A stretch of DNA of 64,000 nucleotides from Escherichia coli (lineage in GTDB: Bacteria; Pseudomonadota; Gammaproteobacteria; Enterobacterales; Enterobacteriaceae), in NCBI RefSeq assembly GCF_003991155.1, contig NZ_CP031293.1. The stretch is one strand, 5' to 3'. The number at the start of each line of letters is the position of its first letter. Within the stretch, counting starts at the first letter, position 1. Below are positions 40,477 to 51,350 of the stretch, piece after piece. The position numbers and the translations under genes were made by a program. Under the pieces are notes generated by a model that had not been told where the DNA came from, made no database searches, and was given only the letters and a program-made list of their open reading frames with translations.

Positions 40477-41403
40477 TTATGCCTCCACCAGCAGATCCTG
40501 AAAATGCAGCGTGCCGCAAGGCTGGCCCTGCGTGTTCATCACCGGCAGCACCTCGCATCCCCGCGCGACAAACAGGGAGAGCGCATCGCGTAGCGTCATC
40601 TCTTCTGCCAGTGCCTCACCTTCTGCACGTTCTTCGCGACGCACGTAATCCGCCACACTACGTAACGAAAGCAGGCGCACACCCAGTTCACTACGTCCAA
40701 AAAACTGGCGAACAAAATCATTCGCCGGACGAGTCAGCATCGTCAGCGGATTGCCCTGCTGCACCACTTCACCGTGATCCATCAATACCAAATGTTCTGC
40801 CAGCCGTAGCGCCTCATCAATATCATGAGTGACCAGCACAATAGTGCGCCCCTGCAAACGGTGAATGCGCGTCATCTCTTGTTGCAACGCGCCGCGCGTT
40901 ACCGGGTCCAGTGCGCCAAAAGGTTCATCCATCAGCAAGACTTGCGGATCGGCAGCCAGTGCGCGCGCCACTCCCACACGTTGCTGCTGACCACCGGAAA
41001 GCTGATGCGGATAACGCTCACGCAGATTTGACTCCAGCCCCAGTAGCGCCATTAATTCGTCGATACGATCGTCAATCCGTGCCCGCGACCATTTTTGTAA
41101 TTGCGGCACGGTAGCGATGTTTTGCGCCACGCTCCAGTGGGGGAACAGGCCAATAGATTGAATGGCATAGCCCATCCGGCGGCGCAACTCCAGTACTGGC
41201 AGCGAGCGAATTTCTTCTCCGGCAAAGCGGATCACGCCGCTGTCATGCTCCACCAGGCGGTTGATCATTTTCAGGGTGGTGGATTTGCCGGAGCCAGATG
41301 TGCCAATCAGCACCGAAAAACTCCCCTCCTGAAAATTGAGATTGAGATCGTTAACGGCTTTTTGTGCGCCGAACAGTTTGCTGACATGGCTAAATTCAAT
41401 CAT
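40477..41403 (-). CDS. yehX: ABC transporter ATP-binding protein YehX
   Basis: 308 aa; Walker [10 protein letters not shown] and ABC signature LSGGQQQR. Confidence 0.93.
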   Translation of the reverse strand: MIEFSHVSKLFGAQKAVNDLNLNFQEGSFSVLIGTSGSGKSTTLKMINRLVEHDSGVIRFAGEEIRSLPVLELRRRMGYAIQSIGLFPHWSVAQNIATVPQLQKWSRARIDDRIDELMALLGLESNLRERYPHQLSGGQQQRVGVARALAADPQVLLMDEPFGALDPVTRGALQQEMTRIHRLQGRTIVLVTHDIDEALRLAEHLVLMDHGEVVQQGNPLTMLTRPANDFVRQFFGRSELGVRLLSLRSVADYVRREERAEGEALAEEMTLRDALSLFVARGCEVLPVMNTQGQPCGTLHFQDLLVEA

Positions 41404-42553
41404 TACGTTTCACCTTCAGCAGTGCGATAAGCAAATCGAACAGCGCGTCGGTAAGCACCGCCAGAACAATTACCGGGATCACCCCCAGCAACACTAAATC
41501 AATGGCGCTGCTTAGCAGCCCCTGGAAAACCAGCGCACCAAAACCGCCTGCGCCGATTAACGCCGCAATCACCGCCATGCCGACGGTTTGCACCATCACC
41601 ACCCGCAGGCTACGCAGAAATACCGGTAACGCCAGCGGTAACTGAACATGCAGGAATCGCTGCGCCTCGCTCATGCCCATCGCTCTGGCGCTCTCCAGCA
41701 TATCGCGCGGGATCTGGTTCAAGCCGACTACCACGCCGCGCACCAGCGGCAGCAAGGCATAGAGCACCAGCGCAATCAGTGCGGGTGTCATTCCGGTTCC
41801 TGCTATGCCGAGCTTACCCAGCCACGGAAAGGCCGTAACCAGCGCGGCAAGCGGCGCAATCAACAGGCCAAAGAGCGCCACCGAAGGCACGGTCTGAATG
41901 ACATTCAACAGAGAAAAAATCGCCCCCTGCCGCGCAGTGGAAAAGTAGCACCAGACGCCCAGCGGCACACCAATCACTAACGCAGGCAGCACCGCACCAA
42001 ACAGCAACGTCAGATGTTGTGCCAGCGCGTCGTCAAACACATCCTGACGGTTGGCGTATTCTTTCATTAGCGAGAGATCGTTAAGCGTGCCGGAGTACAG
42101 CAACCACAGCGGAATAATGGCAATCTGCATATGCAACAACCAGCGCCACAGCGGATGCGTGGAGATTCGGCGGATGGCATCGCTACAGGCCAGCAATGCC
42201 AGCGCCGCAGCCAGCCAGAAACCACTGCCGAGGCTGGTACGCGCCAGCGCACTGCCATTTTGCGCCAGTTGGGTCGCCGCTTTTCCCGCTCCCCACACCA
42301 GCAATACGAAGACGAGTTGCGCCAGGATGAGTGCAAAAATGCTGCCTTTTCTACCGGGAATAAAACAGGCTGTCAGCCAGGCGCAACATACGCCCACCAG
42401 CATCCAGATCGTTTGCGGCCACAACTGCCAGAGATGACGCCCCTCACCAGAGACTAAACGATTAGGCGCGTAACTGATAAACGGCAGCGCCGCTGCGATT
42501 GCCGTCAGCAACAGCAGCAGCGCCAGAACAGGATTAATACGTAAATAAGTCAC
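41396..42553 (-). CDS. yehY: ABC transporter permease YehY
   Basis: 385 aa, hydrophobic permease. Confidence 0.92.
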   Translation of the reverse strand: MTYLRINPVLALLLLLTAIAAALPFISYAPNRLVSGEGRHLWQLWPQTIWMLVGVCCAWLTACFIPGRKGSIFALILAQLVFVLLVWGAGKAATQLAQNGSALARTSLGSGFWLAAALALLACSDAIRRISTHPLWRWLLHMQIAIIPLWLLYSGTLNDLSLMKEYANRQDVFDDALAQHLTLLFGAVLPALVIGVPLGVWCYFSTARQGAIFSLLNVIQTVPSVALFGLLIAPLAALVTAFPWLGKLGIAGTGMTPALIALVLYALLPLVRGVVVGLNQIPRDMLESARAMGMSEAQRFLHVQLPLALPVFLRSLRVVMVQTVGMAVIAALIGAGGFGALVFQGLLSSAIDLVLLGVIPVIVLAVLTDALFDLLIALLKVKRND

Positions 42554-42559
42554 GGGAAA

Positions 42560-43477
42560 TTACTTCGTCCACCCTTTTTGTTTCAGGTAGTCGGCAGCCA
42601 CTTTTTTGGCATCCAGTCCTTCAACGGCAATGCTGGCATTCAGTTGCTGTAATGTTTTTTCATCGAGGCTGGCGAAGACTGGCTGTAGCCACTGTGCCAT
42701 TTGCGGATACTCTTTCAACACCGACTCTCGCACCACTGGTGCAGGCGCGTAGATAGGCTGAACGCCTTGCGGATCGCTTAAGGTTTGCAGCCCCAGCGCC
42801 GCGACCGGACCGTCAGTGCCGTAAGCCATTGCGGCATTAACGCCGGATGTTTGCTGGGCAGCGGCCTTGATCGTCACCGCCGTGTCGCCACCAGCCAGTG
42901 ACAGCAACTGATCCTGACCGAGCTTAAAGCCATAGGCTTTTTCAAAGGCGGGTAACGCATCGGCGCGTTCGATAAACTCTGCTGAGGCAGCCAGTTTGAA
43001 GGTGCCACCCTCTTTCAGATAACGACTCAGGTCAGCAAGCGAAGTGAGTTTGTTTTTCTCTGCCACATCCTGACGCACGGCGATGGTCCAGGTGTTATTT
43101 GCAGGCGCGGGCGTCAGCCAGATTAACTTGTTTTGCTCTGCATCGAGTTTTTTGACTTTCTCATAGCCTTGCTGCGCGTTTTTCCATGCCGTATCGTTTT
43201 CATCTTTAAAGAAAAACGCGCCATTGCCAGTATATTCCGGATAGATATCCAGCTCACCAGAAGTGATCGCCCCGCGCACTACGGGAGTCGTTCCCAATTG
43301 CACTTTATTTACCGTAGGAACGCCGTGACTTTCCAGCACCTGCAAAATGATATTGCCGAGCAGCGCGCCTTCGGTATCGATTTTTGAACCGACTTTAACG
43401 GGGGAAGCCGCGTGCAGCGGCAGGCTCACGGCTGCCAACAAAACCAGTGAACCTGCCCAGACCTTTGAGAGTGGCAT
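42560..43477 (-). CDS. osmF: Periplasmic glycine-betaine-binding protein OsmF (YehZ)
   Basis: 305 aa with signal peptide; first gene of the osmF-yehYXW operon. Confidence 0.92.
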   Translation of the reverse strand: MPLSKVWAGSLVLLAAVSLPLHAASPVKVGSKIDTEGALLGNIILQVLESHGVPTVNKVQLGTTPVVRGAITSGELDIYPEYTGNGAFFFKDENDTAWKNAQQGYEKVKKLDAEQNKLIWLTPAPANNTWTIAVRQDVAEKNKLTSLADLSRYLKEGGTFKLAASAEFIERADALPAFEKAYGFKLGQDQLLSLAGGDTAVTIKAAAQQTSGVNAAMAYGTDGPVAALGLQTLSDPQGVQPIYAPAPVVRESVLKEYPQMAQWLQPVFASLDEKTLQQLNASIAVEGLDAKKVAADYLKQKGWTK

Positions 43478-43620
43478 GATGCTTTCCTCATTCTTTTACT
43501 GTTGTTTTCAGCGAATTAAGAGAAAAGCATAGTTGATAATGACAGGGTTAGCCTGAGCGGACGGATTCAGTTGCAGAATCAGATAAATACTTAAGAGGCA
43601 TATTCGGTCCGGCGTTTCCT

Positions 43621-43654
43621 GCCGGATGCGGCGCGAGCGCCTTATCCGGCCTAC
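43621..43654. repeat. REP (repetitive extragenic palindrome) element
   Basis: gccggatgcggcgcgagcgccttatccggcctac matches the enterobacterial REP consensus. Confidence 0.8.
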
Positions 43655-43696
43655 AAAGGGCGAAAATTCAGCAAGTTAAGATATGAACATCAGGCA

Positions 43697-43719
43697 AAGG
43701 GCGCAAACGTCGCGCCCTT
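43697..43719 (-). terminator. Hairpin downstream of bglX
   Basis: aagggcgc / gcgccctt stem with a 7-nt loop; weak U-run. Confidence 0.4.
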
Positions 43720-43728
43720 GCTAAAGCA

Positions 43729-46026
43729 TTACAGCAACTCAAACTCGCCTTTCTTAACGCGTGCGGAATCAGTGCCGATAAAGACATTGAACTTGCCAGG
43801 CTCGGCGTCATATTTCATCTGTTGATTCCAGAACTTCAGCGCCTCGATATCAATCGGGAAGCTGACGGTCTGGGTTTCGCCCGGTTTCAGGGTGATTTTC
43901 TCAAAGCCTTTCAGCTGTTTTACCGGGCGACTCATGGAAGCCGTCACATCCTGCAGGTACATCTGAACTACCGTCGCCCCTTCGCGCTTACCGGTGTTCG
44001 TCACCTGCACGCTGGCGGTCACTTTGCCGTCACGCTTCATGGTCGGCGCAGAAAGTTTCACATCAGAGACGGTGAAAGTGGTATAGCTCAGACCATAGCC
44101 GAACGGATAAAGCGCCCCGTTAGCTTCATCAAAATAACGCGAAGTGTATTTGTTCGGCTTGTCGGCATTATACGGGCGACCGGTATTCAGATGACTGTAG
44201 TACACCGGGATCTGCCCGACAGAACGCGGGAAGGACATCGGCAGCTTGCCGGACGGGTTGTAATCGCCAAACAATACATCGGCAATTGCATTACCGCCTT
44301 CAGTCCCCGCAAACCAGGTTTCCAGAATCGCATCCGCCTGCTGATCTTCTTTCACCAGCGCCAGCGGACGCCCGTTCATCAGCACCAGCACCAGCGGTTT
44401 ACCGGTGGCTTTCAGCGCCGCAATCAAGTCACGTTGGCTTTGCGGAATAGTGATATCGGTACGGCTGGAGGCCTCGTGCGCCATCCCCTGAGCTTCACCG
44501 ACCACAGCCACCACCACATCAGATTGCTTCGCGGTTTGCACCGCTTCATCAATCATCTCTTGCGGCGAGCGCGGGTCGACTTTGACCGCCTCTTCATACT
44601 GATTCAGGAAATCGATAATGCCTTTGTCACTGGTGACGTTCGCCCCTTTGGCGTACAGCACTTTACCGTTTTCACCGACGGCGTTTTTAATCCCTGTTAG
44701 CACAGTAACAGATTGATCGGCGACACCTGCTGCCGACCAGCTTCCCATCACGTCACGCTTGCTGTCTGCCAGCGGGCCAACCACCGCAATGGTGGCTGAT
44801 TTTTTCAGCGGTAACGTTTCGAGACGGTTTTTCAGCAACACCAGGCTTTCGCGTGCCACTTCACGCGCTTCTTTGCGGTGCAGGCGGTTTTCGGCATTGG
44901 TATCCACCGGGTCAGACTCTTTCGGACCGAGATGGCTGTACGGGTCGTTAAACAACCCCATATCATATTTAACGTTCAGTACATGACGGGCAGCGTCATC
45001 CAGCTCTTCCATCGTCACTTTGCCGGATTTGATCAACCCAGGCAGATACTTCGAGTAATACTCGTCGCTCATACTCATGTTGATGCCGGATTTCAGCGCC
45101 ACGCGCACCGCATCTTCCGGGTCTGCCGCCGTGCCATGTTTAATCAGCTCTTTGATTGCGCCGTGATCGGAAACGGTGATGCCTTTAAAGCCCCACTGGT
45201 CGCGCAGAACATCTTTCAGCAGCCAGGAGTCGGAGGTGGCTGGCGTGCCGTTCAGCGAGTTCAGCGCCACCATCACCGCACCGCTGCCTGCATCCAGCCC
45301 CGCTTTGTACGGCGGCATATAGTCGTTAAACAGGCGCTGCGGACTCATATCGACGGTGTTGTACTCTTTACCGCCTTCTACCGCGCCGTATGCGGCAAAG
45401 TGTTTGACGCTGGTCATCACCGAGTAGCGATCTGCCGGGCTTTTACCCTGCATCGCTTCCACCATGGTTTTGCCCATTATTGAGGTGAGATACGTATCTT
45501 CGCCAAAACCTTCGGAAGCACGTCCCCAGCGCGGATCGCGCGAGACATCGACCATCGGTGCCCAGGTCATGTTCAGGCCATCATCTGCCGCTTCATAAGC
45601 AGAGACACGCCCGACTGTTTTCACTGCATCGAGGTTAAAAGACGAGGCCAGACCGAGGCTAATCGGGAACACCGTGCGCTGACCGTGCAGCACGTCGTAA
45701 GCAAAGAAAAGAGGAATTTTCAGGCGGCTTAATTCCATCACCTGATCCTGCATGGCGCGGATATCCTGACGGGTTACGGTGTTGAAAATCGCCCCAACCT
45801 GCCCGTCTTTGATCATCTCGCGGATCGCCTCTTTCGGATTATCCGGGCCGACGCTGATTAAACGCAGCTGACCAATTTTCTCATCAACTGTCATTTTCTT
45901 AAGCAGTTCGGTGACGAACGCATCCCGCGCTTCGGGCGTTAATGGATGGTTGCCGAATAAATCATCCGCCAGTGCTGGCTGCAGGGCCAGACTCACCGCG
46001 ATTCCTACTGAACATAGCCATTTCAT
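43729..46026 (-). CDS. bglX: Periplasmic beta-glucosidase BglX
   Basis: Start trimmed to MKWLCSVGIAVSLALQPALA (signal peptide), 765 aa. Confidence 0.95.
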   Translation of the reverse strand: MKWLCSVGIAVSLALQPALADDLFGNHPLTPEARDAFVTELLKKMTVDEKIGQLRLISVGPDNPKEAIREMIKDGQVGAIFNTVTRQDIRAMQDQVMELSRLKIPLFFAYDVLHGQRTVFPISLGLASSFNLDAVKTVGRVSAYEAADDGLNMTWAPMVDVSRDPRWGRASEGFGEDTYLTSIMGKTMVEAMQGKSPADRYSVMTSVKHFAAYGAVEGGKEYNTVDMSPQRLFNDYMPPYKAGLDAGSGAVMVALNSLNGTPATSDSWLLKDVLRDQWGFKGITVSDHGAIKELIKHGTAADPEDAVRVALKSGINMSMSDEYYSKYLPGLIKSGKVTMEELDDAARHVLNVKYDMGLFNDPYSHLGPKESDPVDTNAENRLHRKEAREVARESLVLLKNRLETLPLKKSATIAVVGPLADSKRDVMGSWSAAGVADQSVTVLTGIKNAVGENGKVLYAKGANVTSDKGIIDFLNQYEEAVKVDPRSPQEMIDEAVQTAKQSDVVVAVVGEAQGMAHEASSRTDITIPQSQRDLIAALKATGKPLVLVLMNGRPLALVKEDQQADAILETWFAGTEGGNAIADVLFGDYNPSGKLPMSFPRSVGQIPVYYSHLNTGRPYNADKPNKYTSRYFDEANGALYPFGYGLSYTTFTVSDVKLSAPTMKRDGKVTASVQVTNTGKREGATVVQMYLQDVTASMSRPVKQLKGFEKITLKPGETQTVSFPIDIEALKFWNQQMKYDAEPGKFNVFIGTDSARVKKGEFELL

Positions 46027-46221
46027 ATGGATTTTTCTTCCTCTGTTGCCCGACGAGGCAGCGAAAATGGTGCAAAAACCGTAGTTTGCCATAAGCATGA
46101 TAGAGAGAGAAAAAGAATGCTCAGTTTATTGTCTGAATTTTCAAAATATTCACTCGCTGAATTGTCATACAAGGCGCTATTCTAGTTTGTGATATTTTTT
46201 CGCCACCACAAGGAGTGGAAA

Positions 46222-47937
46222 ATGTCTTCCATGACAACAACTGATAATAAAGCCTTTTTGAATGAACTTGCCCGTCTGGTCGGTCATTCACACCTGCTCA
46301 CCGATCCCGCAAAAACGGCCCGCTATCGCAAGGGCTTCCGTTCTGGTCAGGGCGACGCGCTGGCTGTCGTTTTCCCTGGCTCACTACTGGAATTGTGGCG
46401 GGTGCTGAAAGCCTGCGTCACCGCCGACAAAATTATTCTCATGCAGGCCGCCAATACAGGTCTGACCGAAGGATCGACGCCAAACGGTAACGACTATGAT
46501 CGCGATATCGTGATCATCAGCACCCTGCGTCTCGATAAGTTGCACGTTCTCGGCAAGGGCGAACAAGTGCTGGCCTATCCGGGCACCACGCTTTATTCGC
46601 TGGAAAAAGCCCTCAAACCGCTGGGACGCGAACCGCACTCGGTGATTGGATCATCGTGTATAGGCGCATCGGTCATCGGCGGTATTTGTAACAACTCCGG
46701 CGGCTCGCTGGTGCAGCGTGGCCCGGCGTATACCGAAATGTCGTTATTCGCGCGTATAAATGAAGACGGCAAACTGACGCTGGTGAACCATCTGGGGATT
46801 GATCTGGGCGAAACGCCGGAGCAGATCCTTAGCAAGCTGGATGACGATCGCATCAAAGATGACGATGTGCGTCACGATGGCCGTCACGCCCACGATTATG
46901 ACTATGTCCACCGCGTTCGTGATATTGAAGCCGACACCCCCGCACGTTATAACGCCGATCCGGATCGGTTATTTGAATCTTCTGGTTGCGCCGGGAAGCT
47001 GGCCGTCTTTTCGGTACGTCTTGATACCTTCGAAGCGGAAAAAAATCAGCAGGTGTTTTATATCGGCACCAACCAGCCGGAAGTGCTGACCGAAATCCGC
47101 CGTCATATTCTGGCTAATTTCGAAAATTTGCCGGTTGCCGGGGAATATATGCACCGGGATATCTACGATATTGCGGAAAAATACGGCAAAGACACCTTCC
47201 TGATGATTGATAAGTTAGGCACCGACAAGATGCCGTTCTTCTTTAATCTCAAGGGACGCACCGATGCGATGCTGGAGAAAGTGAAATTCTTCCGTCCGCA
47301 TTTTACCGACCGTGCAATGCAAAAATTCGGTCACCTGTTCCCCAGCCATTTACCGCCACGCATGAAAAACTGGCGCGATAAATACGAGCATCATCTGCTG
47401 TTAAAAATGGCGGGCGATGGCGTCGGTGAAGCCAAATCGTGGCTGGTGGATTATTTCAAACAGGCCGAGGGCGATTTCTTTGTCTGTACGCCGGAGGAAG
47501 GCAGCAAAGCGTTTTTACACCGTTTCGCCGCTGCGGGCGCAGCAATTCGTTATCAGGCTGTGCATTCCGATGAAGTCGAAGACATTCTGGCGCTGGATAT
47601 CGCTCTGCGGCGTAACGACACCGAATGGTATGAGCATTTACCGCCGGAGATCGACAGCCAGCTGGTGCACAAGCTCTATTACGGCCATTTTATGTGCTAT
47701 GTCTTCCATCAGGATTACATCGTGAAAAAAGGCGTGGATGTGCACGCGCTGAAAGAACAGATGCTGGAACTGCTGCAGCAGCGTGGCGCGCAATACCCTG
47801 CCGAACATAACGTCGGTCATTTGTATAAAGCACCGGAGACGTTGCAGAAGTTTTATCGCGAGAACGATCCGACCAACAGTATGAATCCGGGGATCGGTAA
47901 AACCAGTAAGCGGAAAAACTGGCAGGAAGTGGAGTAA
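46222..47937 (+). CDS. dld: FAD-dependent D-lactate dehydrogenase Dld
   Basis: Start trimmed to MSSMTTTDNKAF with AGGAGTGG upstream, 571 aa. Confidence 0.95.
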   Translation: MSSMTTTDNKAFLNELARLVGHSHLLTDPAKTARYRKGFRSGQGDALAVVFPGSLLELWRVLKACVTADKIILMQAANTGLTEGSTPNGNDYDRDIVIISTLRLDKLHVLGKGEQVLAYPGTTLYSLEKALKPLGREPHSVIGSSCIGASVIGGICNNSGGSLVQRGPAYTEMSLFARINEDGKLTLVNHLGIDLGETPEQILSKLDDDRIKDDDVRHDGRHAHDYDYVHRVRDIEADTPARYNADPDRLFESSGCAGKLAVFSVRLDTFEAEKNQQVFYIGTNQPEVLTEIRRHILANFENLPVAGEYMHRDIYDIAEKYGKDTFLMIDKLGTDKMPFFFNLKGRTDAMLEKVKFFRPHFTDRAMQKFGHLFPSHLPPRMKNWRDKYEHHLLLKMAGDGVGEAKSWLVDYFKQAEGDFFVCTPEEGSKAFLHRFAAAGAAIRYQAVHSDEVEDILALDIALRRNDTEWYEHLPPEIDSQLVHKLYYGHFMCYVFHQDYIVKKGVDVHALKEQMLELLQQRGAQYPAEHNVGHLYKAPETLQKFYRENDPTNSMNPGIGKTSKRKNWQEVE

Positions 47938-47975
47938 TAATTACGGATGGCAGAGTATCGCCATCCGTCATTCAT

Positions 47976-48908
47976 TTAATCGTTCTGTGCCGTCTGCCCC
48001 GCCGCCGCCATCTGGGCGGCTTTTTGTTTTTTATAGCTCAACGCTGCTGCCGGAACAGGCATCACTTTACCGGTCTCAATCCAGGTACGCAGGCGGCTGG
48101 CATCGGCAAAATGGGTATATTTGCCAAACGCGTCCATTACTACCAGCGCCACCGGTTTATTATTGATAACCGTACGCATCACCAGACAATGGCCCGCCGC
48201 ATTGGTAAAGCCGGTTTTGGTTAACTGAATATTCCAGTTATCGCGATACACCAGATGGTTAGTATTGCGGAACGGCAGCGTATACGTCGGGTTAGAGAAG
48301 GTTGCCATATCTTCCCGGGTGGTACTTAACTGCCCGATCAACGGATATTGTTTGCTGGCAATGAGCAGTTTGGTTAAGTCACGGGCGGTTGAAACGTTAT
48401 GCACCGACAATCCGGTCGGTTCAACAAAGCGCGTGTTGTTCATTCCGAGCGATTTCGCTTTCGCATTCATCGCCTTAATAAAGGCTTTGTAACCACCGGG
48501 ATAATGGTGCGCAAGGCTTGCCGCCGCGCGGTTTTCTGAAGACATCAGCGCCAGCAACAGCATATCTTTACGGCTGATTTCGCTGTTCAGTCGTACGCGC
48601 GAATAGACCCCTTTCATCTCCGGCGTCTGGCTGATATCCACTTTTAGTTTTTCATCCAGCGGCAGTCGTGCATCCAGCACAACCATCGCGGTCATTAATT
48701 TGCTGATAGACGCAATCGGACGCACCAGATCCGGGTGGTTCGAATAGATCACTTTGTTGGTATTCAGATCAACAATCATCGCGCTACCGGAGGCAATTTC
48801 CGGTTGTGACGCGGTGGTAGCGGCTGCCGTTTTCGCAACGGCCTGCGGTGCAAAAGGCACAGCCAGCATCAGGGCCAGGCTAAATAAAGAAACTCGAAAT
48901 TTCGGCAT
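47976..48908 (-). CDS. pbpG: D-alanyl-D-alanine endopeptidase PbpG (PBP7)
   Basis: Start trimmed to [20 protein letters not shown], 310 aa; SxxK active-site motif (SISK). Confidence 0.93.
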
Positions 48909-49081
48909 GATGAGCATTCAGATAGTGGTTCACGCGCACGGGTTGCGCACCGCCGGAGTAAGGATTTACTGAGGCTAGCGACGCCATCATAACGAGCAAA
49001 AAGTGCGATCGTCAAAGAAGAATCGTGAGGAAATGCTGCATTGCTGACATTTACGCCAGCAATGCAGCGCAAAAGAACTTT

Positions 49082-49669
49082 CTAGAACAAACGATAACCG
49101 TAGCCCCATAGTATAACGGTAAGGGCGAGCAGCACTTCCAGCACCAGCACGCCTATCGCCAGTGTCGAACTGGAGAAGCTAAGTCCTTCCTCTTTGTTGA
49201 TATTCAGGAAGCTCGGAATACCGAGATACAGCAGGTAGCCGGTGTAAAACAGCGCCACCGTGCCGACCAGCGCACACAACCAGACCAGCGGGTAAAGCGC
49301 CACCAGACCGCTTAAAAACAGCGGAGTTGCAACGTAGCCCGCGAAGACCATGCAGTGCGCAAGTGACGGACGCTGCGGATAATTACGCGCCATCCACCAG
49401 ATGACCCGCCCCATCACCGCAACCCCAGCCAGCATAACGCCGTAAAACAAGACAGCCAGCGCCAGTCCGGTAAACCAGGATAACTTCAGGATAGTGCCAT
49501 CGCCAAAATTCCAGCCAATCTGTGTAGTGCCAATGAAGGCGCAAATCACCGGAATCGCCGCCATCAGCAAAACGTGGTGGGTGTAATGGTGAGAAATCGT
49601 TTCGTTTTCGCGATTAATCACCTGCATTTCACGATCGGGATGGGAAAACAGTCCCCAGACATGGCTCAT
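49082..49669 (-). CDS. yohC: Inner-membrane protein YohC
   Basis: Start trimmed to MSHVWGLFSHPDREMQ, 195 aa. Confidence 0.88.
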   Translation of the reverse strand: MSHVWGLFSHPDREMQVINRENETISHHYTHHVLLMAAIPVICAFIGTTQIGWNFGDGTILKLSWFTGLALAVLFYGVMLAGVAVMGRVIWWMARNYPQRPSLAHCMVFAGYVATPLFLSGLVALYPLVWLCALVGTVALFYTGYLLYLGIPSFLNINKEEGLSFSSSTLAIGVLVLEVLLALTVILWGYGYRLF

Positions 49670-49838
49670 ACCGCCCCCTTGTTGTGAGTTCATGAACCTG
49701 ACAGTTCAAGTATAAGTCAGCTTGTGATTATTTTTTGTTCGCTCATATAATTTGCACCGTCTGATGTACGTCCTTTTTCAGCGTGAATGATTCACAGGGT
49801 GTATGCTTACAGGCAAGCAAAGGGAGACAGACTGTCCT

Positions 49839-50417
49839 ATGGATCTCAATACACTCATCTCACAATATGGTTATGCCGCGCTGGTGATCGGTAGCCTGGC
49901 GGAAGGTGAAACCGTGACTTTGCTGGGAGGCGTTGCGGCACATCAGGGGCTATTAAAGTTCCCGCTGGTGGTACTTTCTGTGGCGCTTGGCGGCATGATT
50001 GGCGACCAGGTGCTTTATCTGTGCGGGCGGCGCTTTGGCGGCAAGCTGTTACGCCGTTTCTCGAAACATCAGGATAAAATTGAGCGGGCGCAGAAACTTA
50101 TCCAACGCCATCCGTATCTGTTTGTCATTGGTACGCGTTTTATGTATGGCTTTCGGGTGATTGGCCCGACGCTGATTGGTGCCAGCCAGCTGTCGCCGAA
50201 AATCTTTCTGCCGCTGAATATTCTCGGCGCATTTGCCTGGGCGCTGATTTTTACCACTATCGGTTACGCTGGTGGGCAGGTGATTGCGCCGTGGTTGCAC
50301 AATCTCGACCAGCATTTGAAGCACTGGGTCTGGTTGATTCTGGTCGTGGTTCTGGTGGTAGGCGTGCGCTGGTGGCTGAAACGGCGCGGGAAGAAAAAGC
50401 CGGATCATCAGGCGTAA
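49839..50417 (+). CDS. yohD: DedA-family inner-membrane protein YohD
   Basis: Start trimmed to MDLNTLISQYGYAAL, 192 aa. Confidence 0.88.
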   Translation: MDLNTLISQYGYAALVIGSLAEGETVTLLGGVAAHQGLLKFPLVVLSVALGGMIGDQVLYLCGRRFGGKLLRRFSKHQDKIERAQKLIQRHPYLFVIGTRFMYGFRVIGPTLIGASQLSPKIFLPLNILGAFAWALIFTTIGYAGGQVIAPWLHNLDQHLKHWVWLILVVVLVVGVRWWLKRRGKKKPDHQA

Positions 50418-50425
50418 AACCATTG

Positions 50426-50506
50426 CCCTGGATAAGGTGTTCGCGCCGCATCCGACATCCGGTGCACCATGCCTGATGCGACGCTGGCGTGTCTTATCTG
50501 GCCTAA
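50426..50506. repeat. Pair of REP elements in opposite orientation (BIME-like)
   Basis: ggataaggtgttcgcgccgcatccgacatccggtgc and gcctgatgcgacgctggcgtgtcttatctggcctaa. Confidence 0.75.
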
Positions 50507-50536
50507 CCCAATGAAATAACCACGCACCTCACTGCG

Positions 50537-51298
50537 CTATTCTGGGTTGAACTGCGGATTCGCCAACATAAAGCCGCCATCCACTATCAACGACCGCCCG
50601 GTGGTGTAATTTGCGCCCTCCGAACAAAGCCATACCACCAGACTGGCAATCTCATGCGTTGTGCCAAAACGTCGCAAGGGAATCGAAGGCTCCGCGTCGG
50701 GCTTCACATCGCCGTCATCCATGCCGTTCATTGGCGTGGCGATCGCCCCAGGTGCGACTGCGTTCACCAAAATTTTATGCCTGACCAGCTCCAGCGCCAT
50801 TGCTTTGGTTAACCCGCCGAGCGCATGTTTAGCGGCTGTGTAGGCGCTGGCATCCGGCAGCGGCGTATGTTCATGTACCGATGTAATGTTGATGATGCGA
50901 CCGCCCTGCCCTTGCTTCACCATCTGGCGGGCAGCAATTTGCGAGCATAAAAATGCACCATCGACATCAACGGTAAAAATCTTGCGCCACTCATCGAAAG
51001 CCATATCAAGAAACGGCGCTTTGGTCATTGCGCCCGCATTATTCACCAGCACATCAATACGCCCCAGCCGATGAATAAGTTTCTCCAGCGCCAGTGCCCC
51101 TTCTGGTAGATTGCCGAGATCCAGTTGCACGATCTCCGCACGTACGCCGTGGCTAACTACCTCACGCGCGGTATCTTTTGCCCCTTCTTCATCTGAGTGC
51201 CAGGTAATGCCAATATCAAACCCCTGCTGCGCCAGTAATAACGCGCACTCTTTGCCGATCCCCGAATCGGAGGCGGTAATTATCGCGACCTGTGCCAT
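50537..51298 (-). CDS. yohF: Short-chain dehydrogenase/reductase YohF
   Basis: Start trimmed to MAQVAIITASDSGIGK (Rossmann TGxxxGxG-like), 253 aa. Confidence 0.9.
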   Translation of the reverse strand: MAQVAIITASDSGIGKECALLLAQQGFDIGITWHSDEEGAKDTAREVVSHGVRAEIVQLDLGNLPEGALALEKLIHRLGRIDVLVNNAGAMTKAPFLDMAFDEWRKIFTVDVDGAFLCSQIAARQMVKQGQGGRIINITSVHEHTPLPDASAYTAAKHALGGLTKAMALELVRHKILVNAVAPGAIATPMNGMDDGDVKPDAEPSIPLRRFGTTHEIASLVVWLCSEGANYTTGRSLIVDGGFMLANPQFNPE

Positions 51299-51350
51299 CG
51301 AGTTCTCCACTTAACGCTGAATAAATGTTAAGTATAGAAGGCGCATATCA

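Noticed and set aside
40128-40832. Plus-strand 234-aa ORF across yehW and yehX
   Set aside because: Antisense to two transporter genes with low-complexity translation.
43822-45483. Plus-strand ORFs of 292 and 201 aa inside bglX
   Set aside because: Antisense shadow ORFs within an intact, well-supported gene.
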